64,000 nucleotides of DNA, from the NCBI GenBank assembly GCA_015056005.1, contig SVHB01000003.1, positions 2,283 to 66,282 of the forward strand, in the 5' to 3' direction. Positions 39,509-48,877 of the stretch are shown in pieces. How positions within the stretch are numbered: the stretch's first letter is position 1; each line of letters begins with the position of its first letter. The DNA comes from Clostridiales bacterium (GTDB lineage: Bacteria > Bacillota > Clostridia > Christensenellales > UBA1750). A program made the translations under genes and the position numbers. The notes under the pieces are model-generated. The model did no database searches. It saw only the letters and a program-made list of their open reading frames with translations, and had not been told where the DNA came from.

Positions 39509-39518
39509 ATCAGTGCTA

Positions 39519-39566
39519 TTGACAAAAGAACTATTTCTGATATAATATCAAATAAGAAAAGTTCTT
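39519..39566 (+). promoter_or_regulatory. promoter of the perR-like/rbr operon with overlapping AT-rich palindrome (candidate Fur-family box)
   Basis: TTGACA (39519-39524), 16 nt, TATAAT (39541-39546). A perfect 6-1-6 palindrome tgatat-a-atatca (39538-39550) is nested in outer inverted repeats aagaac/gttctt (39526-39531 / 39561-39566). Confidence 0.45.
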
Positions 39567-39585
39567 AATAAGGATTTGATGCTAC

Positions 39586-40002
39586 TTGACAAACATGACT
39601 GCAAGATCGGGCGGGAAACGCAACACGATCCAGCGTGCGATGATCTTTGAAGCTGTGCAGTCCCTGCATACGCATCCGACGGGCGAAGAGGTCTATGCCC
39701 TTGTCAGGTCAAAGTATCCGAGCATCAGTCTGGCGACCGTTTACCGCAACCTGAACACCCTTGCCGAGGAAGGGCAGATCAAGCGTATCTGCGTTCCCGG
39801 CGCTGCCGAGCGGTTTGATTTCAACACAAAACCGCATTATCATATCCGCTGCGAAAAATGCGGACAGTTTGCGGATGTGCCGCTTGAGTATGACGACAAG
39901 ATGGTGGAGCTTATCGCCCGGGCTACGGGCTACACTCTCCATCAGCAGGAAATGGTATTTACCGGCCTGTGCCCCGACTGCGCCAAAGAAGCGCTGTCCT
40001 GA
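39586..40002 (+). CDS. Fur-family transcriptional regulator (PerR-like)
   Basis: RNTIQRAMIFEAV..HPTGEEVY..ISLATVYRNLN winged helix, CEKCG and CPDC zinc motifs. The start is ambiguous (TTG 39586 or ATG 39595). Confidence 0.8.
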   Translation: MTNMTARSGGKRNTIQRAMIFEAVQSLHTHPTGEEVYALVRSKYPSISLATVYRNLNTLAEEGQIKRICVPGAAERFDFNTKPHYHIRCEKCGQFADVPLEYDDKMVELIARATGYTLHQQEMVFTGLCPDCAKEALS

Positions 40003-40050
40003 CCCAAACCGATAGATAAACTACAGCAAAAATTTATGGAGGATACGCAA

Positions 40051-40584
40051 ATGGAATTTAAGGGAAGCAAAACCGAACAAAATCTGTGGACTGCTTTTGC
40101 GGGCGAAAGCCAGGCAAGGAACAAGTACTCCTATTTTGCATCCGTAGCCAAGAAGGAAGGCTATGTTCAGATCGCAAACATCTTTGAAGAGACTTCCAAC
40201 AACGAAAAAGAGCATGCCAAGATGTGGTTCAAAGAGCTCAAGGGCATTGGCAACACCATGGAAAACTTAAAGTCCGCCGCAGAAGGCGAGAATTATGAGT
40301 GGACCGACATGTATGCCACCTTTGCAAAGGAAGCAAAGGAAGAGGGCTTTGACAGGCTGGCTGTTCTGTTCGAAATGGTAGCTAATATCGAAAAAGAGCA
40401 TGAGGAGCGCTATAACAAGCTTCTTGCCAACATCGAGGCGGGCGTAGTGTTTGAGCGCGACGGCGTTGTTGCATGGAAGTGCAATAACTGCGGTCACATC
40501 CACTTTGGCACCAAGGCTCCCGAGATGTGCCCCGTATGCGCACATCCCAAGGCTTATTTCGAGCTCAGGGCAGAAAACTACTAA
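40051..40584 (+). CDS. rbr: rubrerythrin
   Basis: [19 protein letters not shown] ferritin-like diiron motifs and C-terminal rubredoxin CNNCG...CPVC. GGAGGA RBS. Confidence 0.9.
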   Translation: MEFKGSKTEQNLWTAFAGESQARNKYSYFASVAKKEGYVQIANIFEETSNNEKEHAKMWFKELKGIGNTMENLKSAAEGENYEWTDMYATFAKEAKEEGFDRLAVLFEMVANIEKEHEERYNKLLANIEAGVVFERDGVVAWKCNNCGHIHFGTKAPEMCPVCAHPKAYFELRAENY

Positions 40585-40596
40585 GACCAAATGAAG

Positions 40597-40627
40597 AGGC
40601 GCAGGTATTTTCCTGCGCCTTTTTTTT
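40597..40627 (+). terminator. intrinsic terminator after rbr
   Basis: Stem aggcgcagg/cctgcgcct followed by T7. Confidence 0.7.
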
Positions 40628-41423
40628 AGTTCTTTTTCAGTTCGAATTCGTATAAGCTGTCCCAGTTTTTGCCGGTAATATATAGCCTGCCGTTTTCCTT
40701 ATCATAGGCAATGCCGTTTAAGACCGCGTCGGGATTTTCATAAACGATCTCGCTCAGACCCGAAAAATCGATCATATATTTTACTTCCCCGTTTTCGGGA
40801 TCGATCACGGCGATGCTCTGAGTCAGCCATATGTTTGCCCAAACAAGCCCATCGATGTATTCCAGCTCGTTTATGCGGTTTATCTCGATATCACCGAATT
40901 TGACGGTGATATTTTTTATGTCGTTTAAGTCCGCGTCCATAAAATAGAGCTTTGAAGTACCATCGGAGGCTATCAGCTGCTCGCCGTTGGTGGTGAGCCC
41001 CCAGCCTTCTCTGGGATAGGAAACGGTGTCGATAAGCGTAAGATTATCCGGGTCGAACTTAAACACCTGACCCTCCTGCCAGGAAAGAACATAGAGAGTA
41101 TTATCCATAACAACGCTGCCTTCGCCGAATATATTTGCGGGCAAAGAATACTCGCTTTCATATTGACCGGTTTTTATATCTATGTTTTTGAAAATTTTCG
41201 ACTGACCGTAAAGCCCGGTGGATTCGTACATTTCCCCGCCGTGGAAGAAAAGCCCCTGAGTAAAGGAAGAAGCGCTGTGAGGATAGGAACCGACAAGTTC
41301 GAGCTGTTCCGTATAATGTATCTCCCCGCCCTCGCCTTTTATCACAAAGCCTTCCTTTGCCGCGCAGCCGCAAAGGAGTGCGGATATCAGAATAAGGGCA
41401 ATTAATATTTTTGCAAGCTTCAT
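40626..41423 (-). CDS. glutaminyl-peptide cyclotransferase (beta-propeller type) lipoprotein
   Basis: MKLAKILIALILISALLCGC signal/lipobox. HSASSFTQGLFF..LYESTGLYGQS fits the plant/bacterial glutamine cyclotransferase family. Confidence 0.7.
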   Translation of the reverse strand: MKLAKILIALILISALLCGCAAKEGFVIKGEGGEIHYTEQLELVGSYPHSASSFTQGLFFHGGEMYESTGLYGQSKIFKNIDIKTGQYESEYSLPANIFGEGSVVMDNTLYVLSWQEGQVFKFDPDNLTLIDTVSYPREGWGLTTNGEQLIASDGTSKLYFMDADLNDIKNITVKFGDIEINRINELEYIDGLVWANIWLTQSIAVIDPENGEVKYMIDFSGLSEIVYENPDAVLNGIAYDKENGRLYITGKNWDSLYEFELKKN

Positions 41424-41551
41424 AAAAACGCTCCTTTTATTGCTATGTATAGAAGTATAGCAGATAAGAAAACAAAAATCCACTTGGCAAGTATTTTACT
41501 TGTGCAAAAAATATGTTATTATTTATATATCAAGAATATAAGGAGCATATT

Positions 41552-42829
41552 ATGAGAGCTGCAAGAGATATCAGAAGCAGGATCGCACCGCTGGAAGAAA
41601 AATTAAAACAGCGCCCCGGACTCTGGGAAATGTTTGAAAAATGCTTTATGAACACCGTCGAGACCACGGTTGAAACGGGTTTTGGCGATACGTTTATAAT
41701 CACAGGCGATATCCCCGCCATGTGGCTTAGGGATTCCACCGCGCAGGTCATGCATTATATGAGATTTTTGAACGTACAGAGCGTTGTGGAAATGATAGAA
41801 GGCCTTATCCTTCGCCAGATGAGCTGCCTTATGCATGACCCCTATGCCAATGCCTTCAATAAGGAAGCTTCCGAGTATAAGCCCTTTGACGATGAGCCCA
41901 AGGCTTCCGAGTGGGTCTGGGAGCGCAAATATGAAATAGACTCGCTCTGCTATCCCCTCTGGCTTGCGGAAAAGTTCGTGAGAGGCACAAACAGGACCCA
42001 TATCATCGGCAATATGGTCGTCGGCGGCATAATCACCATACTCAACGTGTTTGAAACCGAGCTCAGGCACGAAAACAGCCCCTACAGGTTTTCAAGGAAA
42101 AATTGCCCCGAAAGTGATACACTTTCTAACGACGGCATGGGCGCGCCCGTTGGCTATACGGGCATGACCTGGAGCGGCTTCAGGCCCAGCGATGACGCCT
42201 GCAAATACGGTTATCTCGTGCCCTCCAATATCTTTGCCGTAAGAGCGCTGGAATCTGCGGCGTTTTTGGCAAACACCATGGGCGAGACCGCGCTCATGGA
42301 AAAGGCGGTAGCCCTGAGAGATACCATCAAAAAAGGTATTGAGGACTATGCCGTTATCGATCATCCCGAGTTTGGCAAAATGTATGCCTATGAGGTAGAC
42401 GGTCTGGGAAATTATAACCTTATGGACGACGCAAACGTGCCCAGCCTGCTCTCACTGCCCTACCTCGGCACCTGCCCCATGGACGATGAGATCTATCTCA
42501 ACACCAGAAAGTTCGTTCTGAGCAAGAACAATCCCTATTATTTTGAGGGCGAAAAAGCCAAAGGCATCGGCAGCCCTCATACCCCCGACGGATATGTATG
42601 GCCTATCGCGCTTTGCATGCAGGCGATGACCGCTACTGATGACAACGAGATCAGAAGCATTGTCGATATGCTGCTTTCAACTCACGCGGATACCGGGTTC
42701 ATGCATGAAAGCTTTGATCCCAATAACCCCGAAAAATATACCAGAAGCTGGTTTGCATGGGCAAATTCCATGTTCGGAGAGCTGATCATGAGGCTCTATG
42801 AAGCCGATAAGCTCGATTGCTTGCTGTAA
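41552..42829 (+). CDS. GH125 exo-alpha-1,6-mannosidase-like protein
   Basis: TFIITGDIPAMWLRDSTAQV and later WERKYEIDS, NDGMG.., HESF motifs typical of GH125 (DUF1237). Confidence 0.8.
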   Translation: MRAARDIRSRIAPLEEKLKQRPGLWEMFEKCFMNTVETTVETGFGDTFIITGDIPAMWLRDSTAQVMHYMRFLNVQSVVEMIEGLILRQMSCLMHDPYANAFNKEASEYKPFDDEPKASEWVWERKYEIDSLCYPLWLAEKFVRGTNRTHIIGNMVVGGIITILNVFETELRHENSPYRFSRKNCPESDTLSNDGMGAPVGYTGMTWSGFRPSDDACKYGYLVPSNIFAVRALESAAFLANTMGETALMEKAVALRDTIKKGIEDYAVIDHPEFGKMYAYEVDGLGNYNLMDDANVPSLLSLPYLGTCPMDDEIYLNTRKFVLSKNNPYYFEGEKAKGIGSPHTPDGYVWPIALCMQAMTATDDNEIRSIVDMLLSTHADTGFMHESFDPNNPEKYTRSWFAWANSMFGELIMRLYEADKLDCLL

Positions 42830-42836
42830 ACAATAG

Positions 42837-42878
42837 AAAAAACGGTTTGAGGAAACTCAAACCGTTTTTGTGTTTTTT
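42837..42878 (+). terminator. intrinsic terminator after the GH125 gene
   Basis: Stem aacggtttgag/ctcaaaccgtt with a GAAA loop, followed by tttgtgtttttt. Confidence 0.7.
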
Positions 42879-43315
42879 GAGAGAAGGCGCTGCCTTCTCT
42901 CAAACTCTCATCCGCCAGAGGATTTCATCCTCTGGACTCCTGATACTTTGATAGAGCACAGCAAGCTATGCGTCGATGGCGGCGGCAGGAATGCCGCCAT
43001 CGAGAAGCACAAAGAAGAAATATCAGCGCTCATGGCACAGCATTCCCTAAAAGCAATTACGCGTGACCCATACTTTACGGGTCACGCGTAAGCCATCGTA
43101 TAAAATTTACTGATCCCAAAAGCCGCGGGATCCAAGGGTTGCAAACCCTTGGTGGATGAGGGTGTGGGAGAAGGCGAAGCCTTCTTCCACGTAAATAGCT
43201 AAAGAATAAAATCTATCTGCCAGAGGAAGAAAAATCTTTGGGAGAAGGCGAAGCCTTCTTCCAAGAAAGAGAGCTCAAGAGGGCGCAGCCATCTCGAACG
43301 TACCCCTCCCCCCGG
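42878..43315. repeat. mosaic hairpin-rich intergenic repeat, copy D (contains both orientations)
   Basis: The right part matches copy A closely (43058-43092 matches 17372-17406 at 34 of 35 positions by eye; hairpin 43132-43152; 74-bp tandem with starts 43166 and 43240; tail ..cgaacgtacccc). The left arm 42880-42945 is an inverted, diverged copy of 43120-43185. Confidence 0.8.
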
Positions 43316-43319
43316 CGCC

Positions 43320-44516
43320 TCACAGAAGATCCAGCATCGCGGGGAAGGGCTCGAGGCTGCGGCGGAGGATGCCGTGCATATGCGCTATGGCGATACCGTA
43401 GTTTACGATGGGGACACCGCTTTCCTGAGCGCGGGAAATGCGGTGCTGCATTTCGGCTTCGTTGAGCATGCAGCCGCCGCAGTGAACGATGACCTTGTAA
43501 GGTGAAAGATCATCGGGGAACTCGCCGCCGGAGGTGAAGGAAAACTCGGGCTTTGCGCCTGAGAAATTCTCTATCCAGCCCGGCATCTTGACAGTGCCGA
43601 TGTCGTTGCATTGCCTGTGATGGGTGCAGCCTTCGGAGATCAGGACCTTGTCGCCGTCCTTTAGCTCGGACAGAGCCGCTGCGCCTTTGACAAGCTCGGC
43701 AAGATCGCCCTTGTATCGAGCAAAAAGAATGGAGAACGAGGTAAGAGGAACTGAGGGGGGCACGAGCTTTGACACCTTGCCGAACGCCTGCGAATCAGTG
43801 ATGACAAGGCGGGGCGGAGCTTTGAGCATTGAAAGCGTCTTTGGGATATCAACATCCTGGCAAGCCATAACGGTGCAATGGGAATCCAGTATATCGCGCA
43901 TGGTCTGCTGCTGGGGCAGTATAAGCCTTCCCTTGGGGGCGGATTCGTCGATAGGGATTACCAGCAAAACGAGATCATCGGGAGAAAGAAGATCGGATAC
44001 GATATGCTTTTCGGGCTTGCTGCCGGCGAAAGAACCAAGCTTTTCCTTGAAAGCGTCGATGTTCTTCTTTGAAAGCGCGCTGACGTATATGCCGTTTTCG
44101 GGCAGCTCGGGCTCAGAGGATAAAAGATCGCATTTGTTGTACGCGATAATGTAGGGCAACTTGCGGGAGATGAACATATCGATGAGCTCTGAGTCCGCCT
44201 TGCTCAGTCCCAAGCAGGAATCGACAACAAGCACGGCAATGTCGGTCTGCGCAAGCACGCGCTTTGCTTTTTTGACGCGCTTTTCGCCAAGCTCGCCCTC
44301 ATCGTCTATGCCGGGAGTGTCGATTATGACCACGGGACCTAAGGGTAGAAGCTCCATGGACTTGCGTACAGGGTCGGTGGTGGTGCCCTTGACTGCGGAA
44401 ACTACGGAAAGCTCCTGCCCGGTCACGGCGTTCACAAGGCTGGATTTGCCCACGTTGCGCAGGCCGAAAAAGGCGATATGCAGCCTGTCGGAGGAAGGTA
44501 CTGCGTTTAAGCTCAT
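43320..44516 (-). CDS. hydF: [FeFe]-hydrogenase H-cluster maturation GTPase HydF
   Basis: G-domain FGLRNVGKSSLVNAVTG..GTTTDPV..DTPG..NKCD. C-terminal CTHH-(about 46 aa)-HCGGC matches the HydF CxHx46-53HCxxC cluster motif. AAGGAGG RBS. Confidence 0.85.
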   Translation of the reverse strand: MSLNAVPSSDRLHIAFFGLRNVGKSSLVNAVTGQELSVVSAVKGTTTDPVRKSMELLPLGPVVIIDTPGIDDEGELGEKRVKKAKRVLAQTDIAVLVVDSCLGLSKADSELIDMFISRKLPYIIAYNKCDLLSSEPELPENGIYVSALSKKNIDAFKEKLGSFAGSKPEKHIVSDLLSPDDLVLLVIPIDESAPKGRLILPQQQTMRDILDSHCTVMACQDVDIPKTLSMLKAPPRLVITDSQAFGKVSKLVPPSVPLTSFSILFARYKGDLAELVKGAAALSELKDGDKVLISEGCTHHRQCNDIGTVKMPGWIENFSGAKPEFSFTSGGEFPDDLSPYKVIVHCGGCMLNEAEMQHRISRAQESGVPIVNYGIAIAHMHGILRRSLEPFPAMLDLL

Positions 44517-44528
44517 TTGTTTGCCTCC

Positions 44529-45650
44529 TTAATCAAGAACGAAATCGCCCGCCTGAGCGGAAGGCGCAAAGATGGAAGAAGCCTGATCGTCGGTCAGATC
44601 GATCGAGAACACTTCCTTGTAATATTTCTTGGTTTCTTCAATTATGTCGATATCGTTGAAAAGCTCGGGGTACGCGGTTTTTGCAAGCCATAAAAGGGTC
44701 ACGGGAGTGTCTGCGCCTGCGGTGTAGGAGCGGTAAATGCCAAGGGGCATCTTGTGTACGTTTTTGCTTTCAACAGCCGATACGGGGCTCCAGTCGTAGC
44801 TGCCGATGGTGTTGTTGAAAAGGTCATCGGGATAAGCTGTGGTGAAGTTGGTGATAAAGATGAGGGTGGGATCCCATGCGTATACCTGCTCAAGGTTTAC
44901 CGATACGGAATTGTCGGTCGCAAGCTCCTCGCCCACGTTTTTTGCGCCGATCGCGTCAGCCCACCACTGTCCGAAGAACTGCTTGCCCGAGGTCAGCATG
45001 GTGTTTTCGGTGTACTGGAAAAGGAAGAACACCTTTTCACGCTGAGAATCGGGGATATCTTTAACTCTGGACTGAACAAGGTCATAAATATCGTCGGAAT
45101 AGGCTTTCACGGCGTCGGCCTTGTCGCTTACGGAGAATACCTCTTCAAGAAGCGTGATCCAGTTGTTCAGGGTCTCAATGGCGTTGTATTCCCATTTGTT
45201 TACGGAAACGGCGATGGCTGCAAAGCCCGCGCTCCTGAGCTGTTCACCCTGATCGGGCTGGGAGGCGCTGTAGAAAACAACATCGGGCGAAAGCTTCATG
45301 AGCTCCTCGGTGTTTACGGAAGAACCGTTGATGTAGCCCGTCTGCGCCGAAAGTATCTCGGGATAAAGCTCACTTAAAATGCTGCTCTTTGCCGCGAGCA
45401 TGCTGGGGGGCGCGATGCCCACAAGCTTGTCGGCGGAATCAAAGAACATGGCGATAACGGAGGGCAGAGGATAAATGTCCATGACAGCAACGCGGTTTAC
45501 CTCATTTGGGACTTCTACTTCGTTGCCAAGATGGTCAACAACGGTGTGCGTGCCGGGTGACGCGCTTTCGATTTGAAAAGAACAGGCACCAAGGGTCAGG
45601 AGCATGGAAAGTACGAGAAAAACGGCAGTCAGTTTTTTGATAAGCTTCAT
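44529..45650 (-). CDS. ABC transporter substrate-binding lipoprotein, metal-chelate type (Peripla_BP_2-like)
   Basis: Signal sequence plus lipobox LTLGAC. The pattern VEVPNEVNRVAV.., NTEELMKLSPDVVF, EQVYAWDPTLIF is typical of siderophore/haem/B12-type binding proteins. Confidence 0.8.
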   Translation of the reverse strand: MKLIKKLTAVFLVLSMLLTLGACSFQIESASPGTHTVVDHLGNEVEVPNEVNRVAVMDIYPLPSVIAMFFDSADKLVGIAPPSMLAAKSSILSELYPEILSAQTGYINGSSVNTEELMKLSPDVVFYSASQPDQGEQLRSAGFAAIAVSVNKWEYNAIETLNNWITLLEEVFSVSDKADAVKAYSDDIYDLVQSRVKDIPDSQREKVFFLFQYTENTMLTSGKQFFGQWWADAIGAKNVGEELATDNSVSVNLEQVYAWDPTLIFITNFTTAYPDDLFNNTIGSYDWSPVSAVESKNVHKMPLGIYRSYTAGADTPVTLLWLAKTAYPELFNDIDIIEETKKYYKEVFSIDLTDDQASSIFAPSAQAGDFVLD

Positions 45651-45654
45651 ATAA

Positions 45655-46797
45655 TTACACCTCGCTTATGATAGTTTGTGCGTCTTTTGCAAGATCGGGG
45701 ATGGATCGGCGGTATATCCTGCCGGAGAAAGCCTCGTGAGGCAGGGGAATGAACTTTGCGCCTTCCGGAACTATGCGCCTGTACAGGGGATCCGCGATCA
45801 CGACCGATGCATCCTTTATAAAGTCAAGGATATAATCTTCGTCGTGCAAAACAGCGTCCTTATCCCTTAAAAGGGAAGGATCAAATTCGGTGGCGCAGGA
45901 GACTTTGGTTCCCTTGCCTGTTTCAAGCTCGATCGCCGATGCAAGGGAAAGGGAGCGCACTCCCTCGCCGATGATAACGATATCTCCCTCAAGAGCTGCA
46001 TCGTTTTTGCAGACGATGTTTTCGCAGCTGCTTACCGCCTTATCAAGAGCGCGCCTTAGCTGATCGGAGTATTTTTTTCCTGTCGGGGTACCGATGACAT
46101 AAGGAGTGCCGAAATTTTCAAAAAGCGTTTTCGCGGCCGAAAGACCTGCGGATGAGACAACGAGGTTCACATGTGCCGCGCCGATGTTTTTGATATCCTC
46201 GATATCACAACCCATGGCAAGAGAGCAGTTGATGGAAAAACCGCTGCTTTCAAGGAACGCGGCTATGGACTTGTCCTCGCCGTTTACGGAGAAATCAAGT
46301 GGGGTAAGCCCTAAAATATTTGCGCTCCTGTATTCGCTCTTTTTTACGTTTTTGTCCATAAAGCGGCGAACGATGCCGTCAAAGGCCATGGACGCACCCG
46401 AAATGTAGGTGCCCATGCCGCCGGTGGAAAAGCCGAGAGCCGGAATGCCTAAGCGGGCTTCAATAATATTTGCAGCTGCAGTATAGTCAAAGCCGGTCAT
46501 CATGGGTATGGGAGTACCTGCAAGGGCGATAAACTTCGGCTTGAGCTCATTTGCTGCGGTGATTATATCTAAAATGAGCTTTTCATCATCGCCCATGATC
46601 GCTTCCATTTCGGAAAGACCGGAAATGTATACCATGCTCTCCATGTCGTACCATCTGGGCTCATCGTGGGTGGTGTAGGTGGAATTGCAGCCTGAAGCGT
46701 CATGCATGACTACCATGCCGCCCAGCTCAAAAAGCGCCGAGCATACGCCGAAAACATCCGCAGAATAAGTGGAGATCACGCTTGAAGTCTGTCTCAT
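45655..46797 (-). CDS. nitrogenase component-1-type oxidoreductase subunit (NifK/N/BchB-like)
   Basis: VVMHDASGCNSTY (compare the HGxxGC motif of the family), three Rossmann-like segments, about 380 aa. ATG at 46797 overlaps the upstream stop (ATGA); an alternative GTG lies at 46809. Confidence 0.7.
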   Translation of the reverse strand: MRQTSSVISTYSADVFGVCSALFELGGMVVMHDASGCNSTYTTHDEPRWYDMESMVYISGLSEMEAIMGDDEKLILDIITAANELKPKFIALAGTPIPMMTGFDYTAAANIIEARLGIPALGFSTGGMGTYISGASMAFDGIVRRFMDKNVKKSEYRSANILGLTPLDFSVNGEDKSIAAFLESSGFSINCSLAMGCDIEDIKNIGAAHVNLVVSSAGLSAAKTLFENFGTPYVIGTPTGKKYSDQLRRALDKAVSSCENIVCKNDAALEGDIVIIGEGVRSLSLASAIELETGKGTKVSCATEFDPSLLRDKDAVLHDEDYILDFIKDASVVIADPLYRRIVPEGAKFIPLPHEAFSGRIYRRSIPDLAKDAQTIISEV

Positions 46798-48122
46798 ATA
46801 CAGCCGCACCCCATTCCTTTTATCTGGATCAGATTTCTCATGTCCTTTTCGTTTTCATATGCGTCGATCATAAGCGCACAAAGCTTTTCGATGGCTTCAA
46901 AATCGTACATTCCCCCGCCCTCGACAATGTTTACAAACCTGTTTGTGCCGCAAAAATGAGCCGCCTTCTGCCCTATTGCAAGAATACTGTTGTTTTCTTT
47001 TTCCGCCATGAAGCGCATGGAGGAATGGACCGTGGGATAAAGCTCAAGCTCCGGGTGATTTTCCTTCAGGTATTCAAAATCCGCCTTTTCAAGGGGAATG
47101 AAGGTGTCGGCATAAACGCGCTGCACGTTGAAACCGTGCTCCAAAAGCAGCCTTGCAAGCGCAAGGGGACGGGGCAGCGCTGTGTAGTCTATTGCAATCG
47201 GGGTATCGCCGATGATCTGTTTTGCATGCTCAAGCGCTTTTTCGCATTTTTGGCGAAGAAGGGCAAAATCGGGGAGCGGGCAGGAGAGCACTCCTGCAAG
47301 CTCTTTCAGGTTTTTCTCGATCTCATCGTAGGAAAGCGCGAAGGGCAGGAAAATATGCCTGCCGCCGAGCCTTTCTTCCAGCATATCGCCGCCTGCCTTT
47401 GCGGGGGGATAATAGGAGATGTAAAGCGAGGATTTTGCCATATCCTGATATTCCTCGTAGGTGGAGCACCTTGTGATCTCCATAAGGTTTTTCCCCGCAG
47501 AGCGGATCATTTTGACGAGCTGGCTTTCATCGTCGGTGGAAAAATCATTGCCGATTATGGATACCGTGTTTTCATCGATATTATTTGGCTTTAAGAGTGT
47601 ATAGAGCCTTGAACGCATGAGCTGATCAGGGGTGAGCCCGCTCTTTCTCATGATGGGGTTCATGTAGCAGTCGGTGAAATCGATATCGGGATGCATTTGC
47701 CTCAGCCTTTGGTATACCATGTCAAGGTCGCAGCCTGCAAAATGATGCACGCAGGAGGTGTATACAAGGATAGCGGGCGGACGTTTCTTAAGCTTTTTTA
47801 TTATGTCGGACACGCCGTCTACGATAAGGTCTTCAAGATCGCCGTCAAGCAGATTGTTTTCCTTTATCTCGACCGTGGAGAATCTGTCCTCCATACCGCA
47901 TTCTGCGGCTGTCAATACAACGCCTCTTAAACAGGACGCTGCGCAGACGAAGATCTCGTGAGCCTCAGGGATGAGCATGCCCACATGAACGATGTTCCAG
48001 GTGCCCCTTGCGGGGGAAGCATATTCAAGCCCCGAGCGGAAGGGTGAGGGGAAGGAAGCTTCTCCTATTATTCTTTTTGCGGCGGAAAGATCGCGGTCGT
48101 CGTTTACTCTTTTGAGCATCAT
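46794..48122 (-). CDS. nitrogenase component-1-type oxidoreductase subunit (NifD/E/BchN-like)
   Basis: Cys motifs [15 protein letters not shown] and [13 protein letters not shown] at spacings like the family's cluster ligands, about 441 aa. The start is ambiguous (48122 ATGA overlap, or 48134). Confidence 0.7.
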   Translation of the reverse strand: MMLKRVNDDRDLSAAKRIIGEASFPSPFRSGLEYASPARGTWNIVHVGMLIPEAHEIFVCAASCLRGVVLTAAECGMEDRFSTVEIKENNLLDGDLEDLIVDGVSDIIKKLKKRPPAILVYTSCVHHFAGCDLDMVYQRLRQMHPDIDFTDCYMNPIMRKSGLTPDQLMRSRLYTLLKPNNIDENTVSIIGNDFSTDDESQLVKMIRSAGKNLMEITRCSTYEEYQDMAKSSLYISYYPPAKAGGDMLEERLGGRHIFLPFALSYDEIEKNLKELAGVLSCPLPDFALLRQKCEKALEHAKQIIGDTPIAIDYTALPRPLALARLLLEHGFNVQRVYADTFIPLEKADFEYLKENHPELELYPTVHSSMRFMAEKENNSILAIGQKAAHFCGTNRFVNIVEGGGMYDFEAIEKLCALMIDAYENEKDMRNLIQIKGMGCGCI

Positions 48123-48877
48123 TCCACCCCGCATTCTTTGAGCATCGCCTTGGCGAGATTTCGGTATTCCTCAGCCATATCGCTTTGAGGGAACGCTTCA
48201 ACTACGGTTTTTGCAAGCGACTCGGCTTCCTGTACCGTTTCGCTTCTTGTGAGAGTGCCGATGACCTTGCTGCTTATATCGCCTGCCAGTTCTTCGACCT
48301 TTTCATCCTCGTTTTTGACGTTCCTGCGGTTTAAGATCAGACCGCCCAGCGCTGCATAGCCCCTGTCCTTAAAGCCGTTTACCGCCATTGCGATATTGGC
48401 AGCGGCGTGGATGGCCATGTTTTCGCCCGAGGTGATTATAAATACCTTATCCGCATAGCCGCTGCGCATCGGCATGGTAAAACCGCCGCAGACAACGTCG
48501 CCCAGAACGTCATAGATAACTACGTCGGGCTTATAGGTTTCGTAAGCGCCCTTTTCCTTCAGCTTTTCAAGCGCGGCGATGATGCCTCTGCCCGCGCAGC
48601 CAAGACCCGGGGTGGGGCCGCCGGCTTCCACGCATATAACGCCGCCGAAGCCTTCCCTTACCATATCGGAAAGCTCGAAAGCGTCCTTTTTTTCGCGGAC
48701 GAGATCAAGCACGGTGGTCATTTTTTCATAGCCGTGCAGAGCGTAGGTGGAATCCGCCTTGGGATCGCAGCCTATCTGCATGACCTTATAGCCCATCTGA
48801 GAAAGAGCTGCGGAAACATTGGAGACGGTGGTGGATTTGCCGATGCCGCCTTTTCCGTATACTGCGATTTTTATCAT
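48119..48877 (-). CDS. NifH/BchL/CfbC-family ATP-dependent reductase (iron-protein homologue)
   Basis: [15 protein letters not shown]-loop, CDPKADST switch I, and both [4Fe-4S] ligand contexts GLGCAGRG and LGDVVCGGF. The AAGGAGGA RBS lies in the end of hydE. Confidence 0.85.
   Translation of the reverse strand: MIKIAVYGKGGIGKSTTVSNVSAALSQMGYKVMQIGCDPKADSTYALHGYEKMTTVLDLVREKKDAFELSDMVREGFGGVICVEAGGPTPGLGCAGRGIIAALEKLKEKGAYETYKPDVVIYDVLGDVVCGGFTMPMRSGYADKVFIITSGENMAIHAAANIAMAVNGFKDRGYAALGGLILNRRNVKNEDEKVEELAGDISSKVIGTLTRSETVQEAESLAKTVVEAFPQSDMAEEYRNLAKAMLKECGVE

Noticed and set aside
45655-48877. nifHDK-like genes, considered as a genuine nitrogen-fixation locus
   Set aside because: The D/K-like subunits are much shorter than canonical NifD/NifK, and the K-like subunit lacks one conserved Cys position. 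No nifB/E/N/V or regulatory nif genes are present. I therefore annotate it as nitrogenase-like of unknown function rather than as a nitrogenase.
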